A stretch of 62,580 nt of DNA, counting the filler. It is 9 parts of 9 records of this genome, joined end to end, with 100 filler letters (N's around TTAATTAATTAA, not from the genome) between each part and the next. Parts side by side here need not be neighbours in the genome. Positions count along the whole stretch, not along the records: positions 1 to 7,376 come from SRR31156797_34631; positions 7,477 to 12,566 come from SRR31156797_34650; 7 more parts are not named here. One strand, 5' to 3'. Positions 1 through 8,991 of this stretch are shown here, piece after piece (position 1 is the first letter of the stretch; each line of letters opens with the position of its first letter). The notes below the pieces were generated by a model. The model did not search any database. It saw nothing but the letters and a program-made list of their open reading frames with translations, and was not told the DNA's origin. The position numbers and the translations under genes are program-made.

Positions 1-1
1 G

Positions 2-268
2 TTTTCAATTGAAGAGAATAATCCCTATGTCCGCCGCGACCTTTCCAAATGCATCCTGTGTCGAAAATGTGTTGAAGTCTGCCGGGGGATTGCCGGGAAA
101 AATATCCTGAGCATCGGTTTTCGGGGGTTCAATTCAAAAATCATTACCGGATTCGATGACGCTCTTATTGCGGAAGAATGCAAGGGATGTTTGATTTGCG
201 TCGAACATTGTCCAACCGGCGCTCTATTTAAACCTGAAGAAACTTTTCAGGAAAAGGATGTAGTTTAA
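2..268 (+). CDS. C-terminus (5'-truncated) of NuoG/HoxU-like 2x[4Fe-4S] subunit
   Basis: Manual translation of frame 2: ...RRDLSKCILCRKCVEVC...GFRGFNSKI...CKGCLICVEHCPTGAL...VV*; two ferredoxin Cys motifs; stop 1 nt before nuoE-like start. Confidence 0.85.
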   Translation, partial: FSIEENNPYVRRDLSKCILCRKCVEVCRGIAGKNILSIGFRGFNSKIITGFDDALIAEECKGCLICVEHCPTGALFKPEETFQEKDVV

Positions 269-269
269 A

Positions 270-716
270 ATGGGCGATTCTATAAACCGGACAACGGAAA
301 TCCCTCAAGAACGGGCAAAGCTGTTACCGATCCTGAAAAGGCTGCACCATGAGAATAATGGGCTCACCCGGGAACTGATGCAGCAGACCGCCGATGAACT
401 GGGATTAAACATTAATGAAGTATATGGAACCGCTACTTTCTATTCATTTCTGATCCCCCAAAAAAGAGGCCGGCACATCATCCGGATATGTAAATGCTTC
501 CCCTGCGAAATGAAGGGCGCTCCGGCCGTCATTGAAACCATTGCGGAAACCCTTGGCATACGACCGGGAGAAATCACTCACGACGGCCGGTTTTCATTTG
601 AGATGGTCAACTGCATCGGGGCTTGCGACCTGGCCCCCGCCATGCTGATTAACGATGACCTTCATGGCGATTTAACGCCTGCCAAAATAGCGGACATATT
701 GAAAACATATTCCTGA
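270..716 (+). CDS. NuoE/HydC-like [2Fe-2S] subunit of NADH-linked oxidoreductase
   Basis: VYGTATFYS, ICKCFPC, CIGACDLAPAM motifs. Confidence 0.9.
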   Translation: MGDSINRTTEIPQERAKLLPILKRLHHENNGLTRELMQQTADELGLNINEVYGTATFYSFLIPQKRGRHIIRICKCFPCEMKGAPAVIETIAETLGIRPGEITHDGRFSFEMVNCIGACDLAPAMLINDDLHGDLTPAKIADILKTYS

Positions 717-732
717 AACCGGGAGGAAGGCT

Positions 733-1980
733 GTGGCCCAGCAGCGAATAGTGCTCAGAAACTGTGGAAAAATAGATCCAGGCGATATTGAAACCTATCT
801 GGCCGGAGACGGTTTTCAGGCTTATGAGAAGGCGATGGATCAGCTTGGCCCTGAAAAAATAATTGATGAAATCAAGGCGGCCGGACTCACCGGGCGGGGC
901 GGGGCCGGATTTGGAACCGGATTAAAATGGGAACTGGCCCGCAACGCCCCGGGCAAGGAAAAATACATCATCTGCAATGCCGACGAAGGTGAAATGGGGA
1001 CTTTCAAAGACCGTTATATCTTGACTCACGACCCATTCACCCTGATCGAAGGTCTGGCTATTGCCGGTTATGCTGTTGGAGCAAGCAAGGCTTTCATCTA
1101 TTTACGGGATGAATACCACTATCTGCACGACCGTCTCGTCAATGCAATCGAACAGGCCAAATCAAGGGGCTATCTCGATTATACTGATATTGAGATTTTT
1201 GAAGGGGCCGGCGCTTATATCTGCGGCGAGGAATCCGCCCTGATGAATTCCATGGAAGGATTGCGCGGCGAATCCAGATATAAGCCGCCTTTTCCTCCAA
1301 CGCGGGGCCTGCTCCAGAAGCCGACCATTATAAATAATGTTGAAACCATAATGAACGTTCCTCAAATCATCCTCAACGGTTCGGCCTGGTTCAACAGCCT
1401 GGGTACGAACAAAAGCAAGGGGACAAAAGTATTTTCCATTAGCGGAGATGTCGAAAAGCCAGGCGTTTATGAGCTGATCATGGGCAGCTCGCTAAAGGAA
1501 CTTGTTGAAGATATCGCGGGCGCGGAAAATATTAAAGCCGTTCAAATCGGCGGGGCGTCAGGGGCAATTCTTCCCTATTCAAAAATCGATACGCCTTTGG
1601 CTCATGAAACAGTGCTGGGTTCAGGGGGCGTACTGGTGCTGGACCAAAGCCGCGACGTAATCGACCTTGTTTATAAGGACCTCGAGTTTCTGAATGAGGA
1701 ATCCTGCGGCAAGTGCACTCCTTGCCGGGAAGGAACCGAAGTCATGGTCGAAATATTCAGCCGCATGACCAGCGGCGAAGGCAAGGAAGACGATATAGAT
1801 GCTCTCCATGATCTTTCCCGGGCCATGTCCCTTGCGTCTTTGTGCGGATTGGGCCAGGCCGCGCCAATTCCCGTATTGGATTCGTTGAAATATTTTTATT
1901 CAGAATATGAAAACCGCATCAACCAGGCGGTCATGCTTAGAAGCATTCGCCCGCAGAACAGGCAAATTAATAGAGGTTAA
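733..1980 (+). CDS. NuoF-like FMN/NADH-binding subunit (short form)
   Basis: GRGGAGF, CNADEGEMGTFKDR, GAGAYICGEESAL, ESCGKCTPCREG; GGAGG RBS, GTG start. Confidence 0.92.
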   Translation: MAQQRIVLRNCGKIDPGDIETYLAGDGFQAYEKAMDQLGPEKIIDEIKAAGLTGRGGAGFGTGLKWELARNAPGKEKYIICNADEGEMGTFKDRYILTHDPFTLIEGLAIAGYAVGASKAFIYLRDEYHYLHDRLVNAIEQAKSRGYLDYTDIEIFEGAGAYICGEESALMNSMEGLRGESRYKPPFPPTRGLLQKPTIINNVETIMNVPQIILNGSAWFNSLGTNKSKGTKVFSISGDVEKPGVYELIMGSSLKELVEDIAGAENIKAVQIGGASGAILPYSKIDTPLAHETVLGSGGVLVLDQSRDVIDLVYKDLEFLNEESCGKCTPCREGTEVMVEIFSRMTSGEGKEDDIDALHDLSRAMSLASLCGLGQAAPIPVLDSLKYFYSEYENRINQAVMLRSIRPQNRQINRG

Positions 1981-1995
1981 AAAGGGAGGCGTCAA

Positions 1996-2583
1996 GTGGC
2001 ATCTTGGGATGAAAAAACATATATATGCACTTACTGCGCAAAAAAATACGACAACTTTGATTCTTTAAAAGCCCATGTTTTAGCAGACCACCGCGGCGAG
2101 CCGCTTCCCGCGCCGGACGACATTATCCAATTGACGATCAACAAGAAGGAATACAATATAAAAGTCGAACCGGAATGGACGTTGTATTTTCTCATTCACG
2201 ACATATTGGGCCTGATCGGCGCCAAGCAGTTTTGCGACCGCGGCGCCTGCGGATCATGCACCGTTATTATGGATGACCGTCCGATTCTGTCCTGCATGAC
2301 CCTGGCCGTTGAATGCGACGGCAAAAGGATTGAAACAGTGGAAGGCATCGCCCATGACGACCACCCCTTGATCGACGCCTATACCAAGCATCACGCCATG
2401 CAATGCGGTTACTGCACGCCAGGATTTGTCGTTTCTTCAAAATCCCTTTTAGACCGCAACCCCGATCCTTCCGAGCAGGATATAAAGGAAGCCCTGGCCG
2501 GCAATCTTTGCCGTTGCGGTACATATCCCCAACACCCCAAGGCTGTTCTGGAAGCGGCAGAGGTCATGAAGAAAGGATCTTGA
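1996..2583 (+). CDS. Xanthine dehydrogenase family [2Fe-2S] subunit (CoxS/PaoA-like) with N-terminal C2H2 finger
   Basis: CDRGACGSCTV, MQCGYCTPG, GNLCRCGTY. Confidence 0.92.
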   Translation: MASWDEKTYICTYCAKKYDNFDSLKAHVLADHRGEPLPAPDDIIQLTINKKEYNIKVEPEWTLYFLIHDILGLIGAKQFCDRGACGSCTVIMDDRPILSCMTLAVECDGKRIETVEGIAHDDHPLIDAYTKHHAMQCGYCTPGFVVSSKSLLDRNPDPSEQDIKEALAGNLCRCGTYPQHPKAVLEAAEVMKKGS

Positions 2584-2612
2584 GGGTATAAACACGTGGA
2601 CAGGAGTGCAAA

Positions 2613-3587
2613 GTGAAAGCATTCAAGCATATTAACGCGCATTCGATAGAAGAAGCTGTTTCAGCCCTTCAAAGATACGGGAATAAAGCCGCTGTTATCG
2701 CAGGCGGGACTGATCTGCTGGGCAAAATGAAAGACCGTATTTTGCCGAATTACCCGGAAGCGCTGATCAACATCAAAACCATTCCGGGCCTGGATTTCAT
2801 TAAGGAAGAAGACGGCCTGCTGAAAATCGGCGCCTTAACCCGACTGCATGACATTGCCGTCAATCCGGCTGTCATGACCAGATTCACGGCCCTGGCCCGG
2901 GCGGCCCAAAGGACGGCCTCCCCCAACCTGAGGCAAATGGGAACAATAGCGGGCAATATCAGCCAGGATATAAGGTGCTGGTATTATCGCACTGCTGAAA
3001 ACCGTTTTCCCTGTCTCCGCAAGGGAGGAGGCCGGTGTTACGCCATTAACGGAGACAGCCGATTTCATTCCATATTCGGAGGCAGCGTGGAAGGGGGATG
3101 TTTCGCGGTTCACCCAAGCGATACGGCGCCCGCGCTTATTGTACTTAAAGCCGATATCATCACTTCGAAGCGGTCGATGCCCGCGGATAGTTATTTCCAG
3201 GTCAAACCCACGGGGACTACTGTTTTGGAACCGGATGAAATAATCACCGAAATACACATCCCTGCGCCGAAAGCAGGCGCCAAAAGCGCGTTTCTTAAAT
3301 TTGCCAAGCGAAATTCTATTGATTTTCCAATCGTCAATTGCGCCGCTAATATTTTCGGGTCAAATGGAAAAATTGAAGAAGCAGGGCTCTGCCTCAACGC
3401 CGTTTATGTAATTCCTTACAGGGCTGAAAAAGCGGAACAGGCTTTGAAGGGCCGTACCCTGGATGAACAAACCGCCAGAGACGCGGCCGATGCCGCGGTT
3501 GAAAGCGCCAAACCCATGAAAGACAACAGCTACATGGTTCAGGCAGCAAGGGCATTGGTTTCAAGAACAATTCTTGAGTGCCGTTAA
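2613..3587 (+). CDS. Xanthine dehydrogenase family FAD subunit (PaoB/HcrB type with [4Fe-4S] insert)
   Basis: IAGGTDL, LRQMGTIAGNI, RCWYYR..CLRKGGGRC..CFAVHPSD. Confidence 0.92.
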   Translation: MKAFKHINAHSIEEAVSALQRYGNKAAVIAGGTDLLGKMKDRILPNYPEALINIKTIPGLDFIKEEDGLLKIGALTRLHDIAVNPAVMTRFTALARAAQRTASPNLRQMGTIAGNISQDIRCWYYRTAENRFPCLRKGGGRCYAINGDSRFHSIFGGSVEGGCFAVHPSDTAPALIVLKADIITSKRSMPADSYFQVKPTGTTVLEPDEIITEIHIPAPKAGAKSAFLKFAKRNSIDFPIVNCAANIFGSNGKIEEAGLCLNAVYVIPYRAEKAEQALKGRTLDEQTARDAADAAVESAKPMKDNSYMVQAARALVSRTILECR

Positions 3588-3698
3588 ATAGTTTCTGTTC
3601 ATAAATGGTTATTATTCCCAATTTCTTTGTCGAACTTGGAAAGAGGCCCTAATTTCTGGACAGACACTAAATAACAACGGATTTTTCAGAGGTGCAAT

Positions 3699-4358
3699 TT
3701 GCCGAGGCCGCAACGTAAACACGCCGAAGTTGAGGCGGTTAAAAATAAAATACTCCAAAATGCCGTGGAATTGATTAACAAGGTCGGCTTTGAAGGCTTC
3801 ACCATGAATAAGCTGGCCGACATGATGGGCGTATCAGCCCCTTCCATTTACAGCTATTATAAGAACAAGGACGATTTATACCTGAATATAATAACACTGG
3901 GTTTTGAGGAACTCCATAGCGATATCGAAACCGCGTACATGTCCAGTGAGGATCCTTTTGAAAGAGTTGCCGCCATTTTCGAAGCGTACCTGCATTTTGG
4001 TTTTCATAAATCCAATTTTTACAACCTGATGTTCACCTGGCACATGCCTCATTACAAAGACTATATAGGAACGCCGCTGGAATCGACGGCTCATGTTGAG
4101 TTGCTCGCCGCAATGAAAGTAATGCACCTGGTCATGAAAGCCATAAAAGAGTGTGTGGAAAAAGAAAAGCCAATGCTCGAACAAGACATGCAGTTCTACA
4201 TGGTTTATTTCTGGAGCAATATGCACGGATACATTGCGGGCGTTAATAATAGCCTGCTTGAATATATGCACGACGACCCATTATCCGTAAAAAGTAAGAT
4301 AACCGAACTGTTGACCAAAGTATTCAGGGCGGAAATGAATGAATACTGTAACAGATGA
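3699..4358 (+). CDS. TetR/AcrR family transcriptional regulator
   Basis: N-terminal HTH GFEGFTMNKLADMMGVSAPSIYSYYKNKDDL. Confidence 0.9.
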   Translation: MPRPQRKHAEVEAVKNKILQNAVELINKVGFEGFTMNKLADMMGVSAPSIYSYYKNKDDLYLNIITLGFEELHSDIETAYMSSEDPFERVAAIFEAYLHFGFHKSNFYNLMFTWHMPHYKDYIGTPLESTAHVELLAAMKVMHLVMKAIKECVEKEKPMLEQDMQFYMVYFWSNMHGYIAGVNNSLLEYMHDDPLSVKSKITELLTKVFRAEMNEYCNR

Positions 4359-4412
4359 GGCGGCCTGTAAGCCGGCGCCTTTATCCTTAACGATCCCGGA
4401 GGGAGTGATAAG

Positions 4413-6878
4413 GTGAAAGACAGCTCCAAAAAACAATCGTCCAGAATGGTGGAAATGTTCGATAATCTCAAGGCGGATAAATACGGCCTTAAGGAAAGCA
4501 ACTACATCGGCGGGCGGGGACCGCGAAAAATAGACGGACGCGCCAAGGCTTCGGGCAAGGCCGAGTTTACCATGGATATTCAACTACCGGGCATGCTTCA
4601 TCTGCGCTTCATGGATTCGCCCTATCCTCACGCAAAGATAACTAATATGGATACATCAAAAGCTGAGAACCTTCCCGGCGTCCGTTATGTTCTGCGTTAC
4701 GACGATCCCGAACTCCCGCCAACGGAAAACGTTTGGGGGCATGTGCCCGGTTTTGTAACCAATGAACCGACGCTGCCCGGCATTGCCTATTTTGAAGGAC
4801 AACCGGTCGGGGCGGCCGTAGCCGCGGAAAGTGAATCCATTGCCGAAGAAGCGCTGAGATTGATTAAAACGGAATGGGAAGAGCGGCCGTTTAACCTGGA
4901 TCCGATAAAAGCCAAGGCAACGGACGCGCCCTTATCCCATCCGGAAAAATACCCGGACAGCAATCACTGGAATCGAGGGGTTTTGGATGAGCTGCAAACG
5001 GGAGATGTTAAGAAAGGCTTTGCGGAAGCGGATAAGATAATCGAATTCAACTTTACGCGGAATAGCCACACCTGGATCGGGCCGGAACGCCCTTGCGGGG
5101 TCGTCAGGTGGCTCGATGACGACACTCCGGAAATCTGGGTAAAACAGCAACGCCCGCACCTGGTCAAACGTAATGCGGCTTCGTGGTTTGGCGGCATTCC
5201 AATGAACAAAATTATTTTACACATTCCCTATCAAGGGGCCAGTTTCGGGGGCTGGACGCAGGTGGACTGGAATATGGGTCCGCTGTACTGCGCCGCACTT
5301 ATAGCCAAAAGAACCGGCAGGCCGGTAAAATACACTTTCAGCCGGCGTGAGGATTTTTACGGCGGCTCCATGGACGGGGGCGTGTATCATCTCAAGGTAG
5401 GATGTAAGAATGACGGCGTTATTACGGCGGTTGAAGGCAGCACCGAACAAATAAATTCGATCTGGCCGGTTTTCAATATGGTCCGGCATTTTCAGGAAAA
5501 TACAAAGATACCCCATTTGTATGGAAAAACGGAAGCGGTTTGGATTAACCAGGGGCCCGCGGTTCCGGTCAGGTGCGAATGGCTTCCGGTTTGCTTGACC
5601 TTTACCATGGTCTTTGACCGGGTTGCGGGGGAATTGGGTTTGGATCCCATTGACGTGGCCTTGATAAATGACGGCGGTGAAGGCCGGGATATGACCTGGC
5701 TGGACCAGGAGAAGAAAAAACGGGGGTTTGAGGTCCGGGACAGCCTGAAGGAATGCGTGGCAAAAGGCAAGGCCGCCATTGAATGGGACAAGAAAAAGCA
5801 TGCGCCGGGAGCAATGCGCCTGCCCAACGGCAGATTGCACGGCCTGGGATTTACCTGGACCCACGAATGGGATGATTCCATTGGGTCGGGTGAAATGGCT
5901 ATTCGTATCGAACGCAACGACGGGACGGCAACCATCCTGGCCATGGGCTGTGACAACGGAGTTGACGCGGAACATGCTTACTGCCGCATTGCCGCGGATG
6001 AGCTGGGTTTGAAACTGGAGGATGTGCATTATAATCCAAAGCATGATCCCGGTTTTTTTCGCATGACGCCCGACTCGTCAACCTGCACGTCGATCAACGG
6101 TTTTGCAGTCAGGCACGCCGCCCGGATTCTTAAACAACAGATTCTTGATTCCGCTGTCCGCGCCACGGGGCCCACCCAGCGAGGCTCTTTCAAGCCTTTA
6201 TTTCCCAGGACAAAATCCGCGGACCTGGATATAAAGGACGGAATCATTTTTAAAAAGTCCGATCCGAACGAAAATATAACTCTTGCCGATTTTGTGCGCG
6301 CGGCCGGCCTGAACGGGGTTATGACCAATTCCGAAAATATGGGGGCGCGCACGGCGTATTCCGAACCATTTTTCGCCCATGGGTACCACGTACAAACCGG
6401 AGGCTACAATCCCCACAATCCGCGCCCCAGGTTTTGCCGCCAGGCCCATTTCATGGAAATTGAAGTTGATGATGAAACCGGCCAAATCTTCGTGACCCAT
6501 GTGGTCAACGCCAATGACGTTGGAAAAGTCATTAACCGTATGGGTTGCGAAGGACAGCAGTACGGCGGCAGCATTATGGGCGTCGGGCGGGGGCAATTTG
6601 AAGAGATGATATACGACCCTGTCACCGGCGTTATGCTTAATGGGAACCTTATCGATTATAAAATACCGACCATACTGGATGTGGGCCCAGTGGATACAAT
6701 TCTGGTTGAAACCGGCATGGGTTATGGGCCGTACGGCCTGGTCGGCATTGGCGAAGACATTGCCACGGTAATACCCGCGCTGATGGCGCCCGCCTTTTAC
6801 AATGCAACAGGCGTGTGGGTGGAAGAGTTTCCCTTGACGCCGGATGTGGTTTTAAAAGCACTGGGAAAGGCAGTATGA
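4413..6878 (+). CDS. Xanthine dehydrogenase/aldehyde oxidoreductase family molybdopterin-binding subunit
   Basis: KASGKAEFTMDI, SPYPHAKI, EIEVDDETG, DVGKVIN..GQQYGG..MGVG, DYKIPT, VGIGE. Confidence 0.92.
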   Translation: MKDSSKKQSSRMVEMFDNLKADKYGLKESNYIGGRGPRKIDGRAKASGKAEFTMDIQLPGMLHLRFMDSPYPHAKITNMDTSKAENLPGVRYVLRYDDPELPPTENVWGHVPGFVTNEPTLPGIAYFEGQPVGAAVAAESESIAEEALRLIKTEWEERPFNLDPIKAKATDAPLSHPEKYPDSNHWNRGVLDELQTGDVKKGFAEADKIIEFNFTRNSHTWIGPERPCGVVRWLDDDTPEIWVKQQRPHLVKRNAASWFGGIPMNKIILHIPYQGASFGGWTQVDWNMGPLYCAALIAKRTGRPVKYTFSRREDFYGGSMDGGVYHLKVGCKNDGVITAVEGSTEQINSIWPVFNMVRHFQENTKIPHLYGKTEAVWINQGPAVPVRCEWLPVCLTFTMVFDRVAGELGLDPIDVALINDGGEGRDMTWLDQEKKKRGFEVRDSLKECVAKGKAAIEWDKKKHAPGAMRLPNGRLHGLGFTWTHEWDDSIGSGEMAIRIERNDGTATILAMGCDNGVDAEHAYCRIAADELGLKLEDVHYNPKHDPGFFRMTPDSSTCTSINGFAVRHAARILKQQILDSAVRATGPTQRGSFKPLFPRTKSADLDIKDGIIFKKSDPNENITLADFVRAAGLNGVMTNSENMGARTAYSEPFFAHGYHVQTGGYNPHNPRPRFCRQAHFMEIEVDDETGQIFVTHVVNANDVGKVINRMGCEGQQYGGSIMGVGRGQFEEMIYDPVTGVMLNGNLIDYKIPTILDVGPVDTILVETGMGYGPYGLVGIGEDIATVIPALMAPAFYNATGVWVEEFPLTPDVVLKALGKAV

Positions 6879-6930
6879 ATCTTCTTTACAATTACGGCGT
6901 CCGTAAAAGCTATGGAGGAGAAGAGTTAAA

Positions 6931-7302
6931 ATGAGGTTTTCGTTTATACTCTGGTTTTTGACGACTAAATTAACCAAGGCTTTTAAAACAAATGAATCCT
7001 TACGGAAAATAATCAGCGTTCGCGACCTGGCCTTTGTCATCAAAACAAAAGATGACAAGCGGGGCAAACGTTACGTTTTCAATAACGGTGAATTTTACGC
7101 TGACGATGATTTGAATAATTATGACATGGCCTTTATCTGGCGTAATTCCGCTGTTGCCTTCAAAACACTTAGCTCCAAGGACGATACGGCCATCCAGAAG
7201 GCCATAAATGATTGGGACTTGCATCTGGGCGGCGACCCCAATCTGCTTACCTTGTTTGGATTGATTCTGAACGTGGCCATGGGTAAATGGAAACGGGAGT
7301 GA
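6931..7302 (+). CDS. Small hypothetical protein, probable SCP2 sterol-binding-like fold
   Basis: 123 aa; pattern ..AFIW..AFKTL..IQKAINDWDLHLGGD resembles the SCP2 C-terminus; GGAGGAG upstream. Confidence 0.5.
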   Translation: MRFSFILWFLTTKLTKAFKTNESLRKIISVRDLAFVIKTKDDKRGKRYVFNNGEFYADDDLNNYDMAFIWRNSAVAFKTLSSKDDTAIQKAINDWDLHLGGDPNLLTLFGLILNVAMGKWKRE

Positions 7303-7376
7303 TTAAGAGATAGCTTTACTTATACAAGTCAAGACTTGATTATTTCTGATTTTTCGCCTTTTGCCTTCTTTCTGGA

Positions 7377-7476
7377 NNNNNNNNNNNNNNNNNNNNNNNN
7401 NNNNNNNNNNNNNNNNNNNNTTAATTAATTAANNNNNNNNNNNNNNNNNNNNNNNNNNNNNNNNNNNNNNNNNNNN
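7377..7476. other. Artificial contig spacer
   Basis: 44 N + TTAATTAATTAA + 44 N; identical spacers at 12567-12666, 18280-18379, 27580-27679, 35647-35746, 43815-43914, 49107-49206, 56661-56760. Confidence 0.98.
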
Positions 7477-7478
7477 TT

Positions 7479-7637
7479 CAGTCAAATGATCAGGATGTAA
7501 AAGGGAGCGACGATAATACTGCGGAAGGTGAAGACATTGAATTTACTGATGAATTACAAGACAGCGATCTTGAAGACCCAAGATCAGATGACTCTCCAAA
7601 GAAAGATTCAGGAGGATGTTCTATAAATGCGATCTAA
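7479..7637 (+). CDS. C-terminal fragment of a protein with acidic linker ending KKDSGGCSINAI*
   Basis: Manual translation, open from contig edge; stop overlaps the start of the next gene. Confidence 0.7.
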   Translation, partial: QSNDQDVKGSDDNTAEGEDIEFTDELQDSDLEDPRSDDSPKKDSGGCSINAI

Positions 7638-8991
7638 TTTGTTTAAATACTTTTCAACCATTCTTATCGCGCTTCTTCTTTCAGGATGTGCCAACGAGAT
7701 CCATAGAGATGGAAAGGTTCTGTACTATGAAAAGGACAATGAAGATCTCTATCTCATCTATCAGTATAAAAATGAAAATCATCTTCTGAATGCAAGACTT
7801 GATCCGATGATGGAAAAATGGGACAAGACTATTTCCGGTCATCCGGGAACACCTTCAACCGAAATATACAAAGATCATATCGCATGCAACTGCAAAAAAG
7901 ACAAAGTATGCATCCTTTCTAAAGATAGTGGTGAAAAGATCCTTGATTTCGATTCTTCTCTAGTTTTCAGTCCAAATTCAAAGGGCTTTCTGCTTGAAGG
8001 CAACAACGTGATCTCAATTTGTGATTCGAACAGTCTTTGTGTCTATGACCTTGAAAAGAAAGAAAAACTTTGGTCTATCGATATTGGTACAGACATTTCA
8101 ATTGCAACAGATCTTCAGATCAATGAAAACACTTTAGTTTTTGGAACTGATGACGGAACTGTTCATGCACTTTCAGTATCAGATGGAAATAAGATCTGGA
8201 ATACAGAGGCTCTTGAAGAGCTCTCATCTATTCATCTTTTTAGCGATACTGTTGTGATAGATCACGGCGAGATAGACGGTCTTGATATAGCAACAGGTGA
8301 AAGCAAATGGATTAAACAGCATTCTGCAAAGATAAGATGCGTTATGGATGGAATTCTTGTTATTCAGGACGATGACTTCTTCACAGCTGTCTTTGTTGAA
8401 AATGGCTCAGAGAACTGGACCTATCCTAGAAACGGTACAACCTTTCTTACATGTCAGGAAGAACTTTCACTTGTTACTTTTACAGTTAAGAACTACAGCG
8501 AAGAGATGGCAGATGCTCAGGCACTGGACTACTTTGACAAAGTCTATATTTTTGATGCAGGATCATTTGAGAGAGTTTTTGATTTTAATTCAGATTCCGG
8601 TCAGATCGTTCTTAACCTCACAGGTTTTAAAACAGATAAATATGACATTGCTCTTGAAGATGGAGATAACACTGAAAAGATCCTCATTGACAGATATCTT
8701 GTTGATGGTTTTACAAAAGATATCAGCTTTGAGTTCACTGTTGAAAATCCAGGGCAGCAGATCTATATCAACAACATGTATTCTGACATTAATCATTCAA
8801 TTTTTAGAAGAACCAACATTAATGATCAGACTGATGAGACAAACTATCTTTTTGAAAGTGAGACCGGTGAACTTCTTGGAAAAATGATCGGCTACCCTGA
8901 AATTATTACACCATCTAATTCATATGATATCGTTACTTATGATCAGTATTTTAATATTTTAGAAAAATCTCTTGAAGATTATCTGGAATAG
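7627..8991 (+). CDS. Lipoprotein with PQQ-like/BamB-type beta-propeller repeats
   Basis: Lipobox LLLSGC; repeats YDLEKKEKLW, ALSVSDGNKIW, LDIATGESKW. Confidence 0.75.
   Translation: MRSNLFKYFSTILIALLLSGCANEIHRDGKVLYYEKDNEDLYLIYQYKNENHLLNARLDPMMEKWDKTISGHPGTPSTEIYKDHIACNCKKDKVCILSKDSGEKILDFDSSLVFSPNSKGFLLEGNNVISICDSNSLCVYDLEKKEKLWSIDIGTDISIATDLQINENTLVFGTDDGTVHALSVSDGNKIWNTEALEELSSIHLFSDTVVIDHGEIDGLDIATGESKWIKQHSAKIRCVMDGILVIQDDDFFTAVFVENGSENWTYPRNGTTFLTCQEELSLVTFTVKNYSEEMADAQALDYFDKVYIFDAGSFERVFDFNSDSGQIVLNLTGFKTDKYDIALEDGDNTEKILIDRYLVDGFTKDISFEFTVENPGQQIYINNMYSDINHSIFRRTNINDQTDETNYLFESETGELLGKMIGYPEIITPSNSYDIVTYDQYFNILEKSLEDYLE

Noticed and set aside
5217-6044. 275-aa minus-strand ORF (also 43867-44772)
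   Set aside because: Antisense shadow of a well-supported gene
7421-7432. Recurring TTAATTAATTAA palindrome flanked by Ns (8 copies)
   Set aside because: Artificial all-frame-stop contig linker; not a biological repeat or CRISPR
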